From Dehalococcoidia bacterium (GTDB lineage: Bacteria > Chloroflexota > Dehalococcoidia > UBA6926), in contig DAOUJJ010000013.1 in the NCBI GenBank assembly GCA_034422835.1, positions 12,618-76,617 on the forward strand: a DNA stretch of 64,000 nucleotides. Reading direction: 5' to 3'. This document shows, piece after piece, positions 1 through 10,633 of this stretch (position 1 is the stretch's first letter; each line of letters starts with the position of its first letter). The translations under genes were made by a program, and so were the position numbers. The notes under the pieces were generated by a model, which was not told the origin of the DNA, did no database searches, and saw only the letters and a program-made list of their open reading frames with translations.

Positions 1-765
1 GGAATGACATATGACTTCTATTTGCAGGGGTCATACCGAAACGATACGAACATTCGCGGCGACAGCGATGTGGACATCGTCTTAGAGATGACGTCTACCT
101 TCAACTATGACACGACCTCACTCACTGATTGGGATCGACGCAGGGTAGAGGATTCGTTTGTTCCTGCCCAACACGAGTGGAACGCATTCAGACGCGAAGC
201 CCTGAAGACTCTCAGCTCAGAATTCGGCGACGATATGGTCGCCCAAGGCAACAAGTGCATTAAGTTGAAGAAAGACCCACCGAGACTGGCTGCGGATGTT
301 GTCGTGTGCAATGACCACCGTAAGTACGTCAACGCGTACCAGTACATTGAAGGCGTGGCCCTCTACGCCTTAAGGGACAAGCGATGGATCGTCAACTACC
401 CGAAACTGTATTACCGGAATGGTGCGGATAAAAGCAGGAGTACCAGTGACCGCTTCAAGCGGACGGTTCGGATGTTCAAGAATGCGAGGAATCGGCTCGT
501 CACGGACGGACGGATCAGCGAAGAACTTGCGCCGTCATACTTCATTGAGTGCCTCGTGTACAACGCGCCGGATTCTGCCTTCAAGACCGGATTTCAGGAC
601 ACGTATTGCGACATCGTCAACTGGATAGTTCAGAACGATCTGGGCGGACTCATGTGCCAGAACGGCCAAATGCCTCTCTTCGGTCCCACGCCCGAACAAT
701 GGTCTCTGGCGGATGCCAAAGCTCTCGGAAGCGCCCTCGTGACCCTGTGGAACAATTGGGGATAA
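1..765 (+). CDS. CBASS cGAS/DncV-like nucleotidyltransferase (SMODS domain), 5'-truncated by window edge
   Basis: GS-x10-DVD motif (GSYRNDTNIRGDSDVDIV) plus downstream acidic AADVVVCND, the pattern of SMODS/CD-NTase active sites. The ORF is open to the window start. A 2TM effector follows 8 nt downstream. Confidence 0.7.
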   Translation, partial: GMTYDFYLQGSYRNDTNIRGDSDVDIVLEMTSTFNYDTTSLTDWDRRRVEDSFVPAQHEWNAFRREALKTLSSEFGDDMVAQGNKCIKLKKDPPRLAADVVVCNDHRKYVNAYQYIEGVALYALRDKRWIVNYPKLYYRNGADKSRSTSDRFKRTVRMFKNARNRLVTDGRISEELAPSYFIECLVYNAPDSAFKTGFQDTYCDIVNWIVQNDLGGLMCQNGQMPLFGPTPEQWSLADAKALGSALVTLWNNWG

Positions 766-772
766 GCGGGCC

Positions 773-1357
773 TTGATGCACTCATACGACCTTGAGGGGC
801 GTGGACGGATATACGCGGGGCTGGCGATCCTCAGTGTGACGCTGGTGTGGCTGTTGGATTGGAGCTTGAACTTCACGGATGTTGACCCGCCATGGTGGTT
901 CAGCGCTCCCTCTGTTGCGGGCCTCTACACGATGCTCTACTGGGTATTCGACCGTCATGTTTGGCGGTGGAGGTTCCTACGCCGACTCGGCCTGCTATCG
1001 GTGCCTGACTTGAACGGCGCATGGACGGGTGAAATCGATTCCTCTTTCGGCGGGGAGGGCACGAACAGAGACATCAAGGTGAACATCAGGCAAAGGTGGG
1101 CGTCGATATTGATTACTCTCCAAGCCGGTGAGTCGATTTCGCGCAGCACAATGGCGGCCGTAGCGGCCCGGGACACGGACAGCCCCGAACTGACGTATAC
1201 ATACTTGAACGAACCCCATGGAAGGGCGGCTGACACCATGCAAATGCATCGGGGCACATGTACGCTCCGGCTGGCCGGCGACCGGCTTGAGGGCAACTAC
1301 TACACGGGCCGGGGCAGAGGCACGGTAGGAGAATTAAAGCTGAAGAGGAATGCGTGA
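773..1357 (+). CDS. CBASS effector, 2TM + beta-strand-rich C-terminal domain (Cap15 / S-2TMbeta-like)
   Basis: Two N-terminal hydrophobic helices (IYAGLAILSVTLVWLLDWSL; WWFSAPSVAGLYTMLYWVF) followed by a ~110-aa region of alternating beta-like pattern. It lies immediately after the SMODS gene on the same strand. Confidence 0.6.
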   Translation: MMHSYDLEGRGRIYAGLAILSVTLVWLLDWSLNFTDVDPPWWFSAPSVAGLYTMLYWVFDRHVWRWRFLRRLGLLSVPDLNGAWTGEIDSSFGGEGTNRDIKVNIRQRWASILITLQAGESISRSTMAAVAARDTDSPELTYTYLNEPHGRAADTMQMHRGTCTLRLAGDRLEGNYYTGRGRGTVGELKLKRNA

Positions 1358-1430
1358 ACACATATAGCGGCTACCATCGGATTCCTGCGTACCCCTACAA
1401 CGAACTCAGGCCAAACCTAGGAGCCAAGCC

Positions 1431-4400
1431 ATGCAGATAGTTGAAGGCAACCTGGTCTACTCCGCGACGGATCTTGTCGCATTTCTTGAATGTGGACATC
1501 TTTCAAATCTGGAGCGGTCCGCAGCACTAGGTGCTCTCACCAAGCCTAACCAGATCGACCCCATACTCGATCGCATTGCCGAACGAGGAGAGCGCCACGA
1601 GAAACTCTTTTTGGAGTCGCTACACGCTGAGCCCGTCCAAATCTTAGAAGTTAGCTTGGATGAGACTCTCCCGAGTGGAAAGCGCCTGCTGAAAGGTTGT
1701 GACGACACCCTTGGTGCGATGCGTAGTGGTGTAGACACGATATATCAGGCTGTGCTCTTTGATGGCCGGCGTTTAGGTTATGCGGATTTCCTGAGGCGTG
1801 TTGAACGACCTAGCGACTTGGGACCATGGAGCTACGAAGTCTGGGATACGAAGCTCGCAAGGCACGCAAAGGCATCAGCCGTACTTCAGCTCTGCATGTA
1901 TTCCGAGATGCTAGGCGCGGTTCAAGGTGTGACGCCAGTTGAAATGCACTTGGCTCTCGGTGGGGCACAGCAGGAGAAGGTTTCCTTCCGGGTGGCCAAC
2001 TATGCCGCCTACTATAGGCTTGTGCGGAGAGATTTTGAGTCTAGCCTCGATCTGCCGCTAGCCAATCCATTGCAGACCACTCCTGAGCCAGTGGAGCACT
2101 GCGCTATGTGTCGGTGGAGTTCTCAATGTCAGGCTAAATGGCGTCAGGAAGACGACCTAACCCTCGTTGCAAATCTGTCATCTCGACAGCGCCGTCTACT
2201 TCGCGGTGCTGGAGTGAATACCCGCACGGGACTCGCAGAAGACCTGCCTCAGCGATTAGATGGTATGGGTGAAGAGGTACTAGGTAGGCTACATCTTCAG
2301 GCTAAGATCCAAGTTCGAGGTGAACGGGATGGTATGACCATATCGGAGCACATTGAACCACCGCGGGATCGCGATGGGGCATTGATCTCGAATCACGGAC
2401 TACTGATGCTCCCTGAGCCATCCACTGGTGACCTTTTCTTCGACATTGAGGGTGACCCATTCTTCAGTTCCAAAGATGTGGATGGGATCGATTACCTATT
2501 CGGAGTTATGGAGGTAATCGAGAAAGATTCATTTGACCATCCGGAATTCCACTCATTTTGGGCGATCGAAGATGAAACGGTAACCCAGCAAGGTGAGCGA
2601 AGGGCGTTTGAGACTCTTGTCGACTTCTTCATGGACCGTCTTGAGGCAGACCCAAAGCTGCACATCTATCATTACGCACCTTACGAACCGACCGCCATGA
2701 AGAGGCTCGCCGGTCGTTACGGAACTCGCGAGAACGAGATTGACCAGCTACTGCGCGGAGGAGTCTTCGTCGACCTGTATCGCGCCGTACGGCAAGGAAT
2801 TCGTGCCTCCGTTGAGAGTTACTCTCTCAAGCACTTAGAACCACTTTACAATTTCAGGCGAGAGATTGATCTCCGGGATGCTGGGACAAGCATTGTTGAG
2901 TTCGAAACGTGGCTTGAACTCGGTGATGGAGAACAGCGAACAGAACTACTTGCGGACATCGAGAGCTATAACCGTGATGACTGTCTTTCGATCGTCTACT
3001 TGAGAAAGTGGCTTGAAGGTCAGCGTATCGAATTGGCCAACGAATTGGGGCACGCCCTTCCTAGACCAAGCGTAATTCAACCAGAAGAGAGGGAGGATAG
3101 TGAAACTCAAAATGAAGTTAGTCGAGTAGTATCTGCACTGATTGATGACTTGCCTGAATCGACCGACTCCATGACGGATGTCCAAAGAGGGCGATGGTTG
3201 TTAGCTCAACTGCTCAATTGGCACCGACGTGAGGACAGATCTCTCTGGTGGAGGTACTTTTATGTTGTCAAGGAGCTGACTGATGCTGAACGTCGAGAGG
3301 AACCAGACTGTTTAGGCGAGTTAACCTTCGATAAATCTTGGTCAGACCCCGCGCCAAATTCCCGGTCAAACATTTATCGCTTCAGTTTTCAGCCGCAGGA
3401 ACATGACATCCGGATCGGGATCAGGCCACTTGACCCTGAGATTGAAAAAACTGTTGGTGAAGTTGTAAGCCTGGACGATGAGCATGGCACCATTGATATC
3501 AAACGAGCCAAGTCACAGCCTGCCCCAACACCAACTTCATTAGTTCCGTTCGAGTATGTCAATCCTAGACCTAAGCCAGAGAGTTTGCTCAGTATAGCCA
3601 ACTGGGTGCTAACAAACGACATGAGTGCATCAGGAAGATTCCAGGTCGCCCGCGATTTATTGGCCAGAAGGCCTCCTCGTTTTGCGAGGCATGTTGAAGG
3701 AGAGCGCCTGCGCAAAGACACCGAGGACGCTCAGGACGCAGCACGACGGCTAGTCAAGGAATTGAATAGGAGTTACCTCGCGATCCAAGGCCCACCGGGT
3801 TCTGGCAAGAGCACGGTGGGAGCAACAATGATCGTCGATCTCCTAGAAGATGGTCAGCGCATAGGCGTTACAGCCAATAGCCACAAGGTCATTGGCGAGT
3901 TGCTCACGAAGGTTGCTAAGGAAGCCAAATCCCGGTCTCTCGCCACAAGAATCGGACAACGCTCGACCGATGCTCCAACATTCAGTGGCGCTATTCATCT
4001 CAGAAACAATGATGATGCACGAAATGCACTTGCTAACGGTGAAGCAAATGTCGTTGGTGGAACTTCTTGGCTCTGGTCGAGACAAGATATGGCAGACTCC
4101 ATCGATATCCTATTCGTCGACGAAGCTGGGCAAATGTCGCTAGCCGATGTGCTTGCAGCATCTCCTAGCGCAAAGAACGTTGTATTGCTCGGCGATCCGC
4201 AGCAGCTCGATCAGCCTTTACAGGGAACTCACCCACCGGGAGCGGAGGGGTCAGCCCTAGCGCATGTGCTCGACGGGGCTCAGGTGATGCCCGACGACCT
4301 CGGCCTATTCCTAGATGGAACTTGGCGGCTTCACCCACAAATCACAGCCTATACGTCCGAAGTGTTTTACGAAGGTCGTCTACATTCTCACGATGGGCGC

Positions 4401-4925
4401 GAACTGCTTGAACTGAAGGGTAAACCTCCACTGAATGGAACCGGCTTAAGATTCATCCCGGTGACCCATACAGCGCAATCAAGCGAGTCCATTGAAGAGG
4501 TGTCGCAAATATCTCAATTGCTCCGTCAGTTGCTGGAATCAAATGCAGCGTACCGAGATGCGAATGCAGCGACTCATCGCCTTGATAGCGATGGCGTGCT
4601 ATTGATTACGCCATACAACGATCAGGTTCGGGCTCTAAGCAAGGAACTGCCCAATTTCCGAATCGGGACTGTCGACAAATTTCAAGGGCAAGAGGCCCCG
4701 ATCTCAATTTACTCCATGGCAACGAGTTCCATAGATGAGGCACCCCGAGGCATGGAATTCCTCTACAGCCTTAATCGGCTGAACGTTGCAACTAGCCGGG
4801 CACAGTGCCTAGCTGTCGTCGTAGCCAGTCCTGAACTCTTGAGGGTACGCTGCCGCACTCCTCGCCAAATGCGCCTGGCAAATGCTCTCGCAATGTTTGT
4901 AGAGATGGCGGACAAGCAAGACTAG
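1431..4925 (+). CDS. Dna2/Nhi-like fusion: Cas4/AddB-type Fe-S PD-(D/E)xK nuclease + RNase-H-like (YprB/TM0106-type) exonuclease + SF1B (AAA_11/AAA_12, Upf1-like) helicase
   Basis: N-terminus: C21 plus C-x2-C-x5-C (EHCAMCRWSSQC), D...EVWDTK...QLCMY nuclease motifs, DIEGDPFF. C-terminus: Walker A GPPGSGKST, DEAGQ, LLGDPQQL, KFQGQE, NVATSRA helicase motifs. A/T-richer codon usage than the flanks. RBS TAGGAG precedes the ATG. Confidence 0.8.
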   Translation: MQIVEGNLVYSATDLVAFLECGHLSNLERSAALGALTKPNQIDPILDRIAERGERHEKLFLESLHAEPVQILEVSLDETLPSGKRLLKGCDDTLGAMRSGVDTIYQAVLFDGRRLGYADFLRRVERPSDLGPWSYEVWDTKLARHAKASAVLQLCMYSEMLGAVQGVTPVEMHLALGGAQQEKVSFRVANYAAYYRLVRRDFESSLDLPLANPLQTTPEPVEHCAMCRWSSQCQAKWRQEDDLTLVANLSSRQRRLLRGAGVNTRTGLAEDLPQRLDGMGEEVLGRLHLQAKIQVRGERDGMTISEHIEPPRDRDGALISNHGLLMLPEPSTGDLFFDIEGDPFFSSKDVDGIDYLFGVMEVIEKDSFDHPEFHSFWAIEDETVTQQGERRAFETLVDFFMDRLEADPKLHIYHYAPYEPTAMKRLAGRYGTRENEIDQLLRGGVFVDLYRAVRQGIRASVESYSLKHLEPLYNFRREIDLRDAGTSIVEFETWLELGDGEQRTELLADIESYNRDDCLSIVYLRKWLEGQRIELANELGHALPRPSVIQPEEREDSETQNEVSRVVSALIDDLPESTDSMTDVQRGRWLLAQLLNWHRREDRSLWWRYFYVVKELTDAERREEPDCLGELTFDKSWSDPAPNSRSNIYRFSFQPQEHDIRIGIRPLDPEIEKTVGEVVSLDDEHGTIDIKRAKSQPAPTPTSLVPFEYVNPRPKPESLLSIANWVLTNDMSASGRFQVARDLLARRPPRFARHVEGERLRKDTEDAQDAARRLVKELNRSYLAIQGPPGSGKSTVGATMIVDLLEDGQRIGVTANSHKVIGELLTKVAKEAKSRSLATRIGQRSTDAPTFSGAIHLRNNDDARNALANGEANVVGGTSWLWSRQDMADSIDILFVDEAGQMSLADVLAASPSAKNVVLLGDPQQLDQPLQGTHPPGAEGSALAHVLDGAQVMPDDLGLFLDGTWRLHPQITAYTSEVFYEGRLHSHDGRELLELKGKPPLNGTGLRFIPVTHTAQSSESIEEVSQISQLLRQLLESNAAYRDANAATHRLDSDGVLLITPYNDQVRALSKELPNFRIGTVDKFQGQEAPISIYSMATSSIDEAPRGMEFLYSLNRLNVATSRAQCLAVVVASPELLRVRCRTPRQMRLANALAMFVEMADKQD

Positions 4926-5151
4926 TTGACGGCGTTAAGGGAAATGCAAACAAACAAATTCGAGCGGAGGGGAGCGGCCTAGCTCCTAGTAAGTTGCCGA
5001 GCACAGGCACCCTTACAAGATCGGCATTTGCCCGGATGCTCGCAAGTGTCCAACTGTTCACACTCATTTCTGCCTCTCACAACGCCACCTCAAACCGAAA
5101 CGTTCGCAGTATCATCCCGTTAGGCCCATATCCCACCGCTGCAAAACAACA

Positions 5152-5187
5152 AGACTGGGGAGTGGCGGTTCCGCCACTCCCCAGTCT
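5152..5187. terminator. Bidirectional rho-independent terminator hairpin between the convergent Nhi-like gene and proX
   Basis: Perfect inverted repeat AGACTGGGGAGTGGCGG-ttcc-GCCACTCCCCAGTCT. On the minus strand it is followed by TTGTTGTTTT. Confidence 0.6.
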
Positions 5188-5246
5188 TCACACCGTCTTT
5201 ACAGCCAACGTTCCGGTATCAAACCGGTAGGCGCTGTGAGATTCCT

Positions 5247-6287
5247 TTAGGGAATCCAGGCCCTCCAGACCGACTCATTGGCATCAACCCACTCCTGCGC
5301 GGCGGCGCGCACCGGGAGGTCGTTCTCAGTCAGGTTGAGCACAATCTCGTTCTGTTGTGCGTTGGTCATCCGGAAGTTGACGAGGAACTCGTACGCCTCC
5401 GGGAACTCATCTTGAAGGCCGGGCCAAATCAGCTTGGCAACGGGATCCGTTGGGTAGCCGCAGTCATACCTCTCGCCGTCCGGATAGCAGTCTGTGGTCC
5501 ATTCCGGCATCTCAATCTGGATGAGGTTGTACTTGGCGTGTGCCCAGTGGGGTTCCCAAAGGTACGTCATGACTGGGTCGCCTCGCTGGAATGCGGCGTC
5601 CAGCTCGGCAAGCGCCGCGCCCTCAGACCCGGCGAATACCACCTGGAAGTCGACGCCAAATGCTTCAAGACGCTCCTCGGGTCTCGTATCCCACGCCGGA
5701 GTGAACTCAAGGAGTCTCCCGCTCGTTCCCGTGTCACTCGTTGCAAAGACAGACTTGTACTGATTCATGTCGTTAACGGTTTGGAGGTCGGGGGCAACGG
5801 CCTCGATGCCACGCTCAGAGTCTCCGTTGATGACGTAGGACGGCACATACCAGCCACCTGTGCCACTAATGCCGACCGGCCCCATGCGGTCCACCGTGGC
5901 CTCGTCAGCGTCGACGTATTCGGTAAGAAGATCAGCGCTGTATGACGGCCAGTTGCAGCACACAAAGTGGAAGTCGCCATTTTCGAGCCCAAGGAAGAGG
6001 GGCGCCGAATCGGCGGGCGCGAACTTGGTCGCGACCGTATGGCCCATCTCTTGCTCCAACAGGATCTGCGCCACAGCTGTCACGACAAGCTGACCGTTCC
6101 AATCCTGGTCGACGAGATAGAGGGTCCCCATCTCTTCCATTTCATCCGTCTCTGCATCGTCGGCCTGTTCACATGCCAGACCTGCCGCGAGGGCGACGGT
6201 CAACAGCAGTGCCAACGGGATGGCAACCCAGGCCTTTCTCAGTCTCTTCATTATTTCTCCCCTGTCTGTTAGTGGCGCGACAGACAA
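5247..6287 (-). CDS. proX: Glycine betaine/proline ABC transporter substrate-binding lipoprotein
   Basis: Signal peptide with lipobox (LAAGLAC), OpuAC-type fold motifs. Last gene of a proV-proW-proX operon. Confidence 0.8.
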   Translation of the reverse strand: MSVAPLTDRGEIMKRLRKAWVAIPLALLLTVALAAGLACEQADDAETDEMEEMGTLYLVDQDWNGQLVVTAVAQILLEQEMGHTVATKFAPADSAPLFLGLENGDFHFVCCNWPSYSADLLTEYVDADEATVDRMGPVGISGTGGWYVPSYVINGDSERGIEAVAPDLQTVNDMNQYKSVFATSDTGTSGRLLEFTPAWDTRPEERLEAFGVDFQVVFAGSEGAALAELDAAFQRGDPVMTYLWEPHWAHAKYNLIQIEMPEWTTDCYPDGERYDCGYPTDPVAKLIWPGLQDEFPEAYEFLVNFRMTNAQQNEIVLNLTENDLPVRAAAQEWVDANESVWRAWIP

Positions 6288-6367
6288 CCATGGTCGGTTG
6301 CCTTGTTCCGGTTGGTCACATACACAATCCTCCTTACCGGGTTTGTGGGCTTTTATCCTGATTAGCC

Positions 6368-8347
6368 CTATCTCAATGCTCCGGCTGTCATCGCAGCCCG
6401 CTGCTTTCCTTGGGTCATTCGATCAAGAACCATCGCCATGAAGACAATGGTCATGCCTGCAATCAGACCTTCGCCCATCTCCAGCCGAATGGAGGTGATG
6501 AAGACTATTTGTCCCAGACCGCCGCCGCCTACCAATCCGGCGATGATCACCATTGCCAGCACCATGATGATGGTCTGGTTGACGCCCATCATGATTGTCG
6601 GCATGGCCAACGGTATCTTGACCTGGAGCATCGTCTGGAGCGCTGTTGATCCATGAGACATCGCTGTCTCGATTGCCTGGGCCGGCACCCCCTTGATTCC
6701 AAGACTGGTCATCCGAATCACCGGAGGAAGCGCATAGACCGATGTGGCGATGATGCCGACCAGCGGGCCAATGCCCCAGAGCATGATCACGGGTATCAGA
6801 TACACGAAGATCGGCATGGTCTGCATCGTGTCCATAATGGGGCGCAGGATCGACTCGAACGTCCTGCTCTGGGACGCGATGGCGCCAAGTATGACCCCCA
6901 CGACTACAGTGAACACTCCCGCCGTTAGCACCTGGCTCAGTGTCTCAACGGTCATGTCCCAAAGCCCGCCGATGCCCGCAAACACAAGCCCCAAGACGGC
7001 GAGCAGGGCCACACGCCATCCTGCGGCGAAGTAAGCGGCGACCGCCGCGATTACCATCAGTGCAGGCCATGGAAGCCAAAGCAAGAACGTATTAACCGGC
7101 GCGAAACCGATCTCGCGGAACAGGACGTCACGGCTCCAGCTGGTGGCAAAGTGAATGTGTACAGCCATCCAATCAACCACCATGTTGATCTGATCTGTGA
7201 GTGAGAAGGTGAGCTCTTCGGGGAAGTCTCTCAGTGGCGCAATGAACGCGCCAAGCAGGGCCAAAAGGCCCAGGATCGTGATCGTCAGTATGTTTTTCCC
7301 TGGCATTCTTCGGAGTGTCTGGGTATTTGATCCGTCTGTAGAGGAATCGCCGGAGGAATTCGGAGTGGCGCTTTGGGGACCGGACCGCGCAAGGGCGTAA
7401 CTGAACCTGTCCAGGATGATGGCCAGGAGAACGATTGCTATGCCGCTCTGCAGCCCATCCCCGGCGTCCACCTCTCTCAATGACAGCCAGACATCCCGGC
7501 CGAGTCCCTCCACGCCGACCAGCGCAGTAATGATCACCATGGCGACCGCCATCATGATGGTTTGGTTGACGCCCATCATGATTGAGCCCTTGGCCAATGG
7601 AATCTGAACGTGAAATAACGTCTGGGCGGGTGTTGATCCATGAGATTGGGCTGTTTCGACAACTGCCTGTGGAACATGGCGGATGCCCAGGTTGGTCAGT
7701 CTGATGACGGGCGCAATGGAGTACACCACAGTCAGGAAAACGCCCTGCGCGCCGGCCACGCCAAACAGGACCAGCGCCGGGATGAGGTACACGAAGGCGG
7801 GCAGAACCTGCATCGTGTCGAGAAGTGGGCGGACAAGTGATTCGAATCGATTGCTGAAGGCGGCGAGTATACCAATGGGCACCCCAATCCCGACGGCGAT
7901 GAGCACGGAAACCCCCACCATGCTCAGCGTGACCATTGCGGAGTCCCAGAACCCAATCAGACCTGTGAACAACGCGGCCAGACCGCTGAACACTCCCAAC
8001 CATTTGCCGCCAAGCCTGAACCCCAGAAGTGAAACCCCCGCCACGACAAGCGGCCATGGGAGCCAGAGTAAAACGGCGTCGAGTCCGGCAATGCCCGCGT
8101 CAAGCACGCTGGAGATAGGATTGAAGAACCAGGCGAAACTGTCGCCGACCCAATCAAAAGCCGTGTCGATGGCCCCTTGGACGGGTAGTTCCCAGCTCTC
8201 AGGCCAGTTACCAAAGTCGGTATTTGCGTTGTTCGTTGCCAGCGTGTAGGCGAGGAGATAGGTGGCCGCACCGAGTGCGGCCCACAAGACCCACTTGAAT
8301 CGGGACTCGCGGATATAGCGAAGCTGCAGAGTCTCCGAGCGGATCAC
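6368..8347 (-). CDS. proW: Glycine betaine/proline ABC transporter permease, tandem-duplicated (two ProW-type TM domains fused)
   Basis: Two repeats of the BPD permease signature (…SHGST..QT…IPLA…[11 protein letters not shown]…); 659 aa. Start overlaps the proV stop. Confidence 0.8.
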   Translation of the reverse strand: MIRSETLQLRYIRESRFKWVLWAALGAATYLLAYTLATNNANTDFGNWPESWELPVQGAIDTAFDWVGDSFAWFFNPISSVLDAGIAGLDAVLLWLPWPLVVAGVSLLGFRLGGKWLGVFSGLAALFTGLIGFWDSAMVTLSMVGVSVLIAVGIGVPIGILAAFSNRFESLVRPLLDTMQVLPAFVYLIPALVLFGVAGAQGVFLTVVYSIAPVIRLTNLGIRHVPQAVVETAQSHGSTPAQTLFHVQIPLAKGSIMMGVNQTIMMAVAMVIITALVGVEGLGRDVWLSLREVDAGDGLQSGIAIVLLAIILDRFSYALARSGPQSATPNSSGDSSTDGSNTQTLRRMPGKNILTITILGLLALLGAFIAPLRDFPEELTFSLTDQINMVVDWMAVHIHFATSWSRDVLFREIGFAPVNTFLLWLPWPALMVIAAVAAYFAAGWRVALLAVLGLVFAGIGGLWDMTVETLSQVLTAGVFTVVVGVILGAIASQSRTFESILRPIMDTMQTMPIFVYLIPVIMLWGIGPLVGIIATSVYALPPVIRMTSLGIKGVPAQAIETAMSHGSTALQTMLQVKIPLAMPTIMMGVNQTIIMVLAMVIIAGLVGGGGLGQIVFITSIRLEMGEGLIAGMTIVFMAMVLDRMTQGKQRAAMTAGALR

Positions 8348-9612
8348 ACTGCACCTTCGCCGCTTACCAGGGCGGCCATAGCCTCAGTGCGCGTTATGGT
8401 GCCGATGCATCGGCCGTCGTCCAGGACTGCGATGGGGGCGTCATTGTCAAGGACGAGGGAAATGAGCCGTTCAAGACGTGTGTCCGCTTCCGTAACGGGG
8501 CAGGAGTCTTGCATCGTGGATGCCACGCTGGTGTGCCCTGCCATGCCATTTCTTGGCACATCATCCATGTGCACGGTTCCAATGAAGCGGCCGTCATTGT
8601 CAACCACCACTGCGCATTCGCATTCTTGTGAGGTCATCGTGTGAATCAGGTCGGCCAACGGCTCATCCGCAGTCACGTAAACCGAGGGTTCGGTCATTAC
8701 GGAACGGGCGGTGAGGACCTTTGAGCGCGGCACGTCTCGCGTGAAGTCCCGCACGTAGTCGTCAATGGGGTTGGAGACCAGTTCTTCTGGTGTGCCCACC
8801 TGGACGAACTCTCCATCCTTCATGATGGCCACCCGGTCTCCCACTTTGAGGGCCTCCATGAAATCGTGGGTGATGAAGACCATCGTCTTCTTGACCAGTC
8901 GCTGGAGATCGATCAACTGATCCTGCATATCCCGGCGGATGAGGGGATCGAGAGCGCTGAACGGCTCGTCGAAAAGAAGGATCTCAGGGTCTACGGCCAG
9001 GGCGCGCGCCAGCCCAATGCGTTGCTGCATCCCCCCGCTTAGCTCATGCGGGTACCGCTGCTCCCATCCTGACAAGCCCACCAGGTCAATCACTTCCTCT
9101 GCGCGATTGAGCTGCGTGGCCTTATCGATGCCCTGGACTTGCAGACCATAGACAACGTTTTCAAGGACTCGCTTGTGAGGGAAGTTGCCGAAGTGCTGGA
9201 AGACCATGCCCATCTTGTGACGCCGCACGTCCCGCAGCTGCTGCTTGCTCATCGCAAGCAAGTCCTCACCGTCGACGTGGACATGTCCGCGGGTCGGTTC
9301 GATGAGTCTGCTCAAACAGCGGACAAGCGTGGACTTGCCGCTGCCGGAAAGGCCCATGATGACGAATGTCTCGCCTTCATGGACATCGAAAGAGACATCT
9401 CTAACGGCCACCACAGCCCCGGTCTCTGCCAGGACATCTTCCCTGGACTGGCCGGGCTCAATGGACTCGGCAAGCTCCTCGGCTCCGTCTCCAAAGACCT
9501 TCCAGAGGTTTTCGCAGACAAGCCTCGTGTCGACCTCTAGGTCGAGTTCGTCGGCTGCTTGAGCAAGATCGGCAGCATTGTCAGCTGCGGACTGAATATC
9601 GATATGGCACAC
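8344..9612 (-). CDS. proV: Glycine betaine/proline ABC transporter ATP-binding protein with C-terminal CBS domains
   Basis: Walker [18 protein letters not shown] signature, Walker [14 protein letters not shown]-terminal CBS-like repeats. Confidence 0.85.
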   Translation of the reverse strand: MCHIDIQSAADNAADLAQAADELDLEVDTRLVCENLWKVFGDGAEELAESIEPGQSREDVLAETGAVVAVRDVSFDVHEGETFVIMGLSGSGKSTLVRCLSRLIEPTRGHVHVDGEDLLAMSKQQLRDVRRHKMGMVFQHFGNFPHKRVLENVVYGLQVQGIDKATQLNRAEEVIDLVGLSGWEQRYPHELSGGMQQRIGLARALAVDPEILLFDEPFSALDPLIRRDMQDQLIDLQRLVKKTMVFITHDFMEALKVGDRVAIMKDGEFVQVGTPEELVSNPIDDYVRDFTRDVPRSKVLTARSVMTEPSVYVTADEPLADLIHTMTSQECECAVVVDNDGRFIGTVHMDDVPRNGMAGHTSVASTMQDSCPVTEADTRLERLISLVLDNDAPIAVLDDGRCIGTITRTEAMAALVSGEGAV

Positions 9613-9935
9613 CCCCCACGGTGTTCGTCCGTTCAGGCAGGAGCGGGGTCGACACGCAGAATGGCCTCCGTCGCCACCCGCCGCCCGTATGTGTGCGGCT
9701 TAAAGTTCAAGCGCGATGGCACATCTGCATGTGCTGAATCCGGGCCGCCCCCGGTACTGCTTGGGTTTACCCCCCCAATTTGAGATTCGTCGCAGTGTAC
9801 AGGAAATCGGCGCAATGAGTAAACTCCCGGTTAAAGTCGCACTATTTTACGTCAACACGTAATATCTGTTGCAGCCGCCAACCGCGTGGGCACGCGATAC
9901 GAGATATCCCCCGACCTGATGCCGTAAGCTGAAGC

Positions 9936-10559
9936 ATGAGCACAAGAATGAAACTGAACAGTGATGGAGTGGAGTTTCCCGCCACTCCGGTCAGCGTCTA
10001 TGAGGCAATCTATCGCCGGCGGCACGTGAAAGAGTTCACATCCGACGCCGTTCCCCGCGAGACACTGGAGCGCCTCTTCTCCGCGGCTGTCTGGGCGCCC
10101 AATCACCGCCTGACTGAGCCAACACGGTTCTTCGCAGTCCAGAAAGACAGCGAGATGAGGTCCAGGATTGCCGATGTTGCGTGGCAATCGGCATATGACG
10201 GCGTGAGCAACCCCAACCCTGAACAGAAACAGCGCTCGGCAGATGATCTACGGGACAGGGTAATGACCGCTCCCGCCATGGTGTACGTCTACAGCGTTAA
10301 GGGACTGATCGAGGAGATCACCCTCGAAAACTACGCCGCATCCTGCATTGCCGTCCATAACATGGCCCTCGCCGCCGTTGCCGAAGGGCTCAGCCTTGGA
10401 TGGAGCACGGGACGCCTCACCAAGCTCCCGGGCCTGGCCGACATCCTGGGCGCGAACGAAGACTGGATGATGGTGGGTGTCGTATTCATCGGCAAGGCCG
10501 CTGAAGAACCCGCCACGCAGCGCACGCCGCACTCAGAACTGGTCACGTGGCTTGAGTGA
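9936..10559 (+). CDS. Nitroreductase family protein
   Basis: Nitroreductase-fold motifs (RRHVKEF…, NHRLTEPTRFF). Confidence 0.6.
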   Translation: MSTRMKLNSDGVEFPATPVSVYEAIYRRRHVKEFTSDAVPRETLERLFSAAVWAPNHRLTEPTRFFAVQKDSEMRSRIADVAWQSAYDGVSNPNPEQKQRSADDLRDRVMTAPAMVYVYSVKGLIEEITLENYAASCIAVHNMALAAVAEGLSLGWSTGRLTKLPGLADILGANEDWMMVGVVFIGKAAEEPATQRTPHSELVTWLE

Positions 10560-10633
10560 CCCTTAGACAGGCCCCGTTGACTTTCATTCCCGTGGCTGGC
10601 ACGGTCTATCTTGAGATTCTTGAACCGGAGTGA

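Noticed and set aside
1431-4925. Calling the 1164-aa helicase-nuclease a bona fide CBASS effector or Cap protein.
   Set aside because: It has no SAVED/cyclic-nucleotide-sensing domain and has its own RBS after a 73-nt gap. It is reported as adjacent or possibly linked only.
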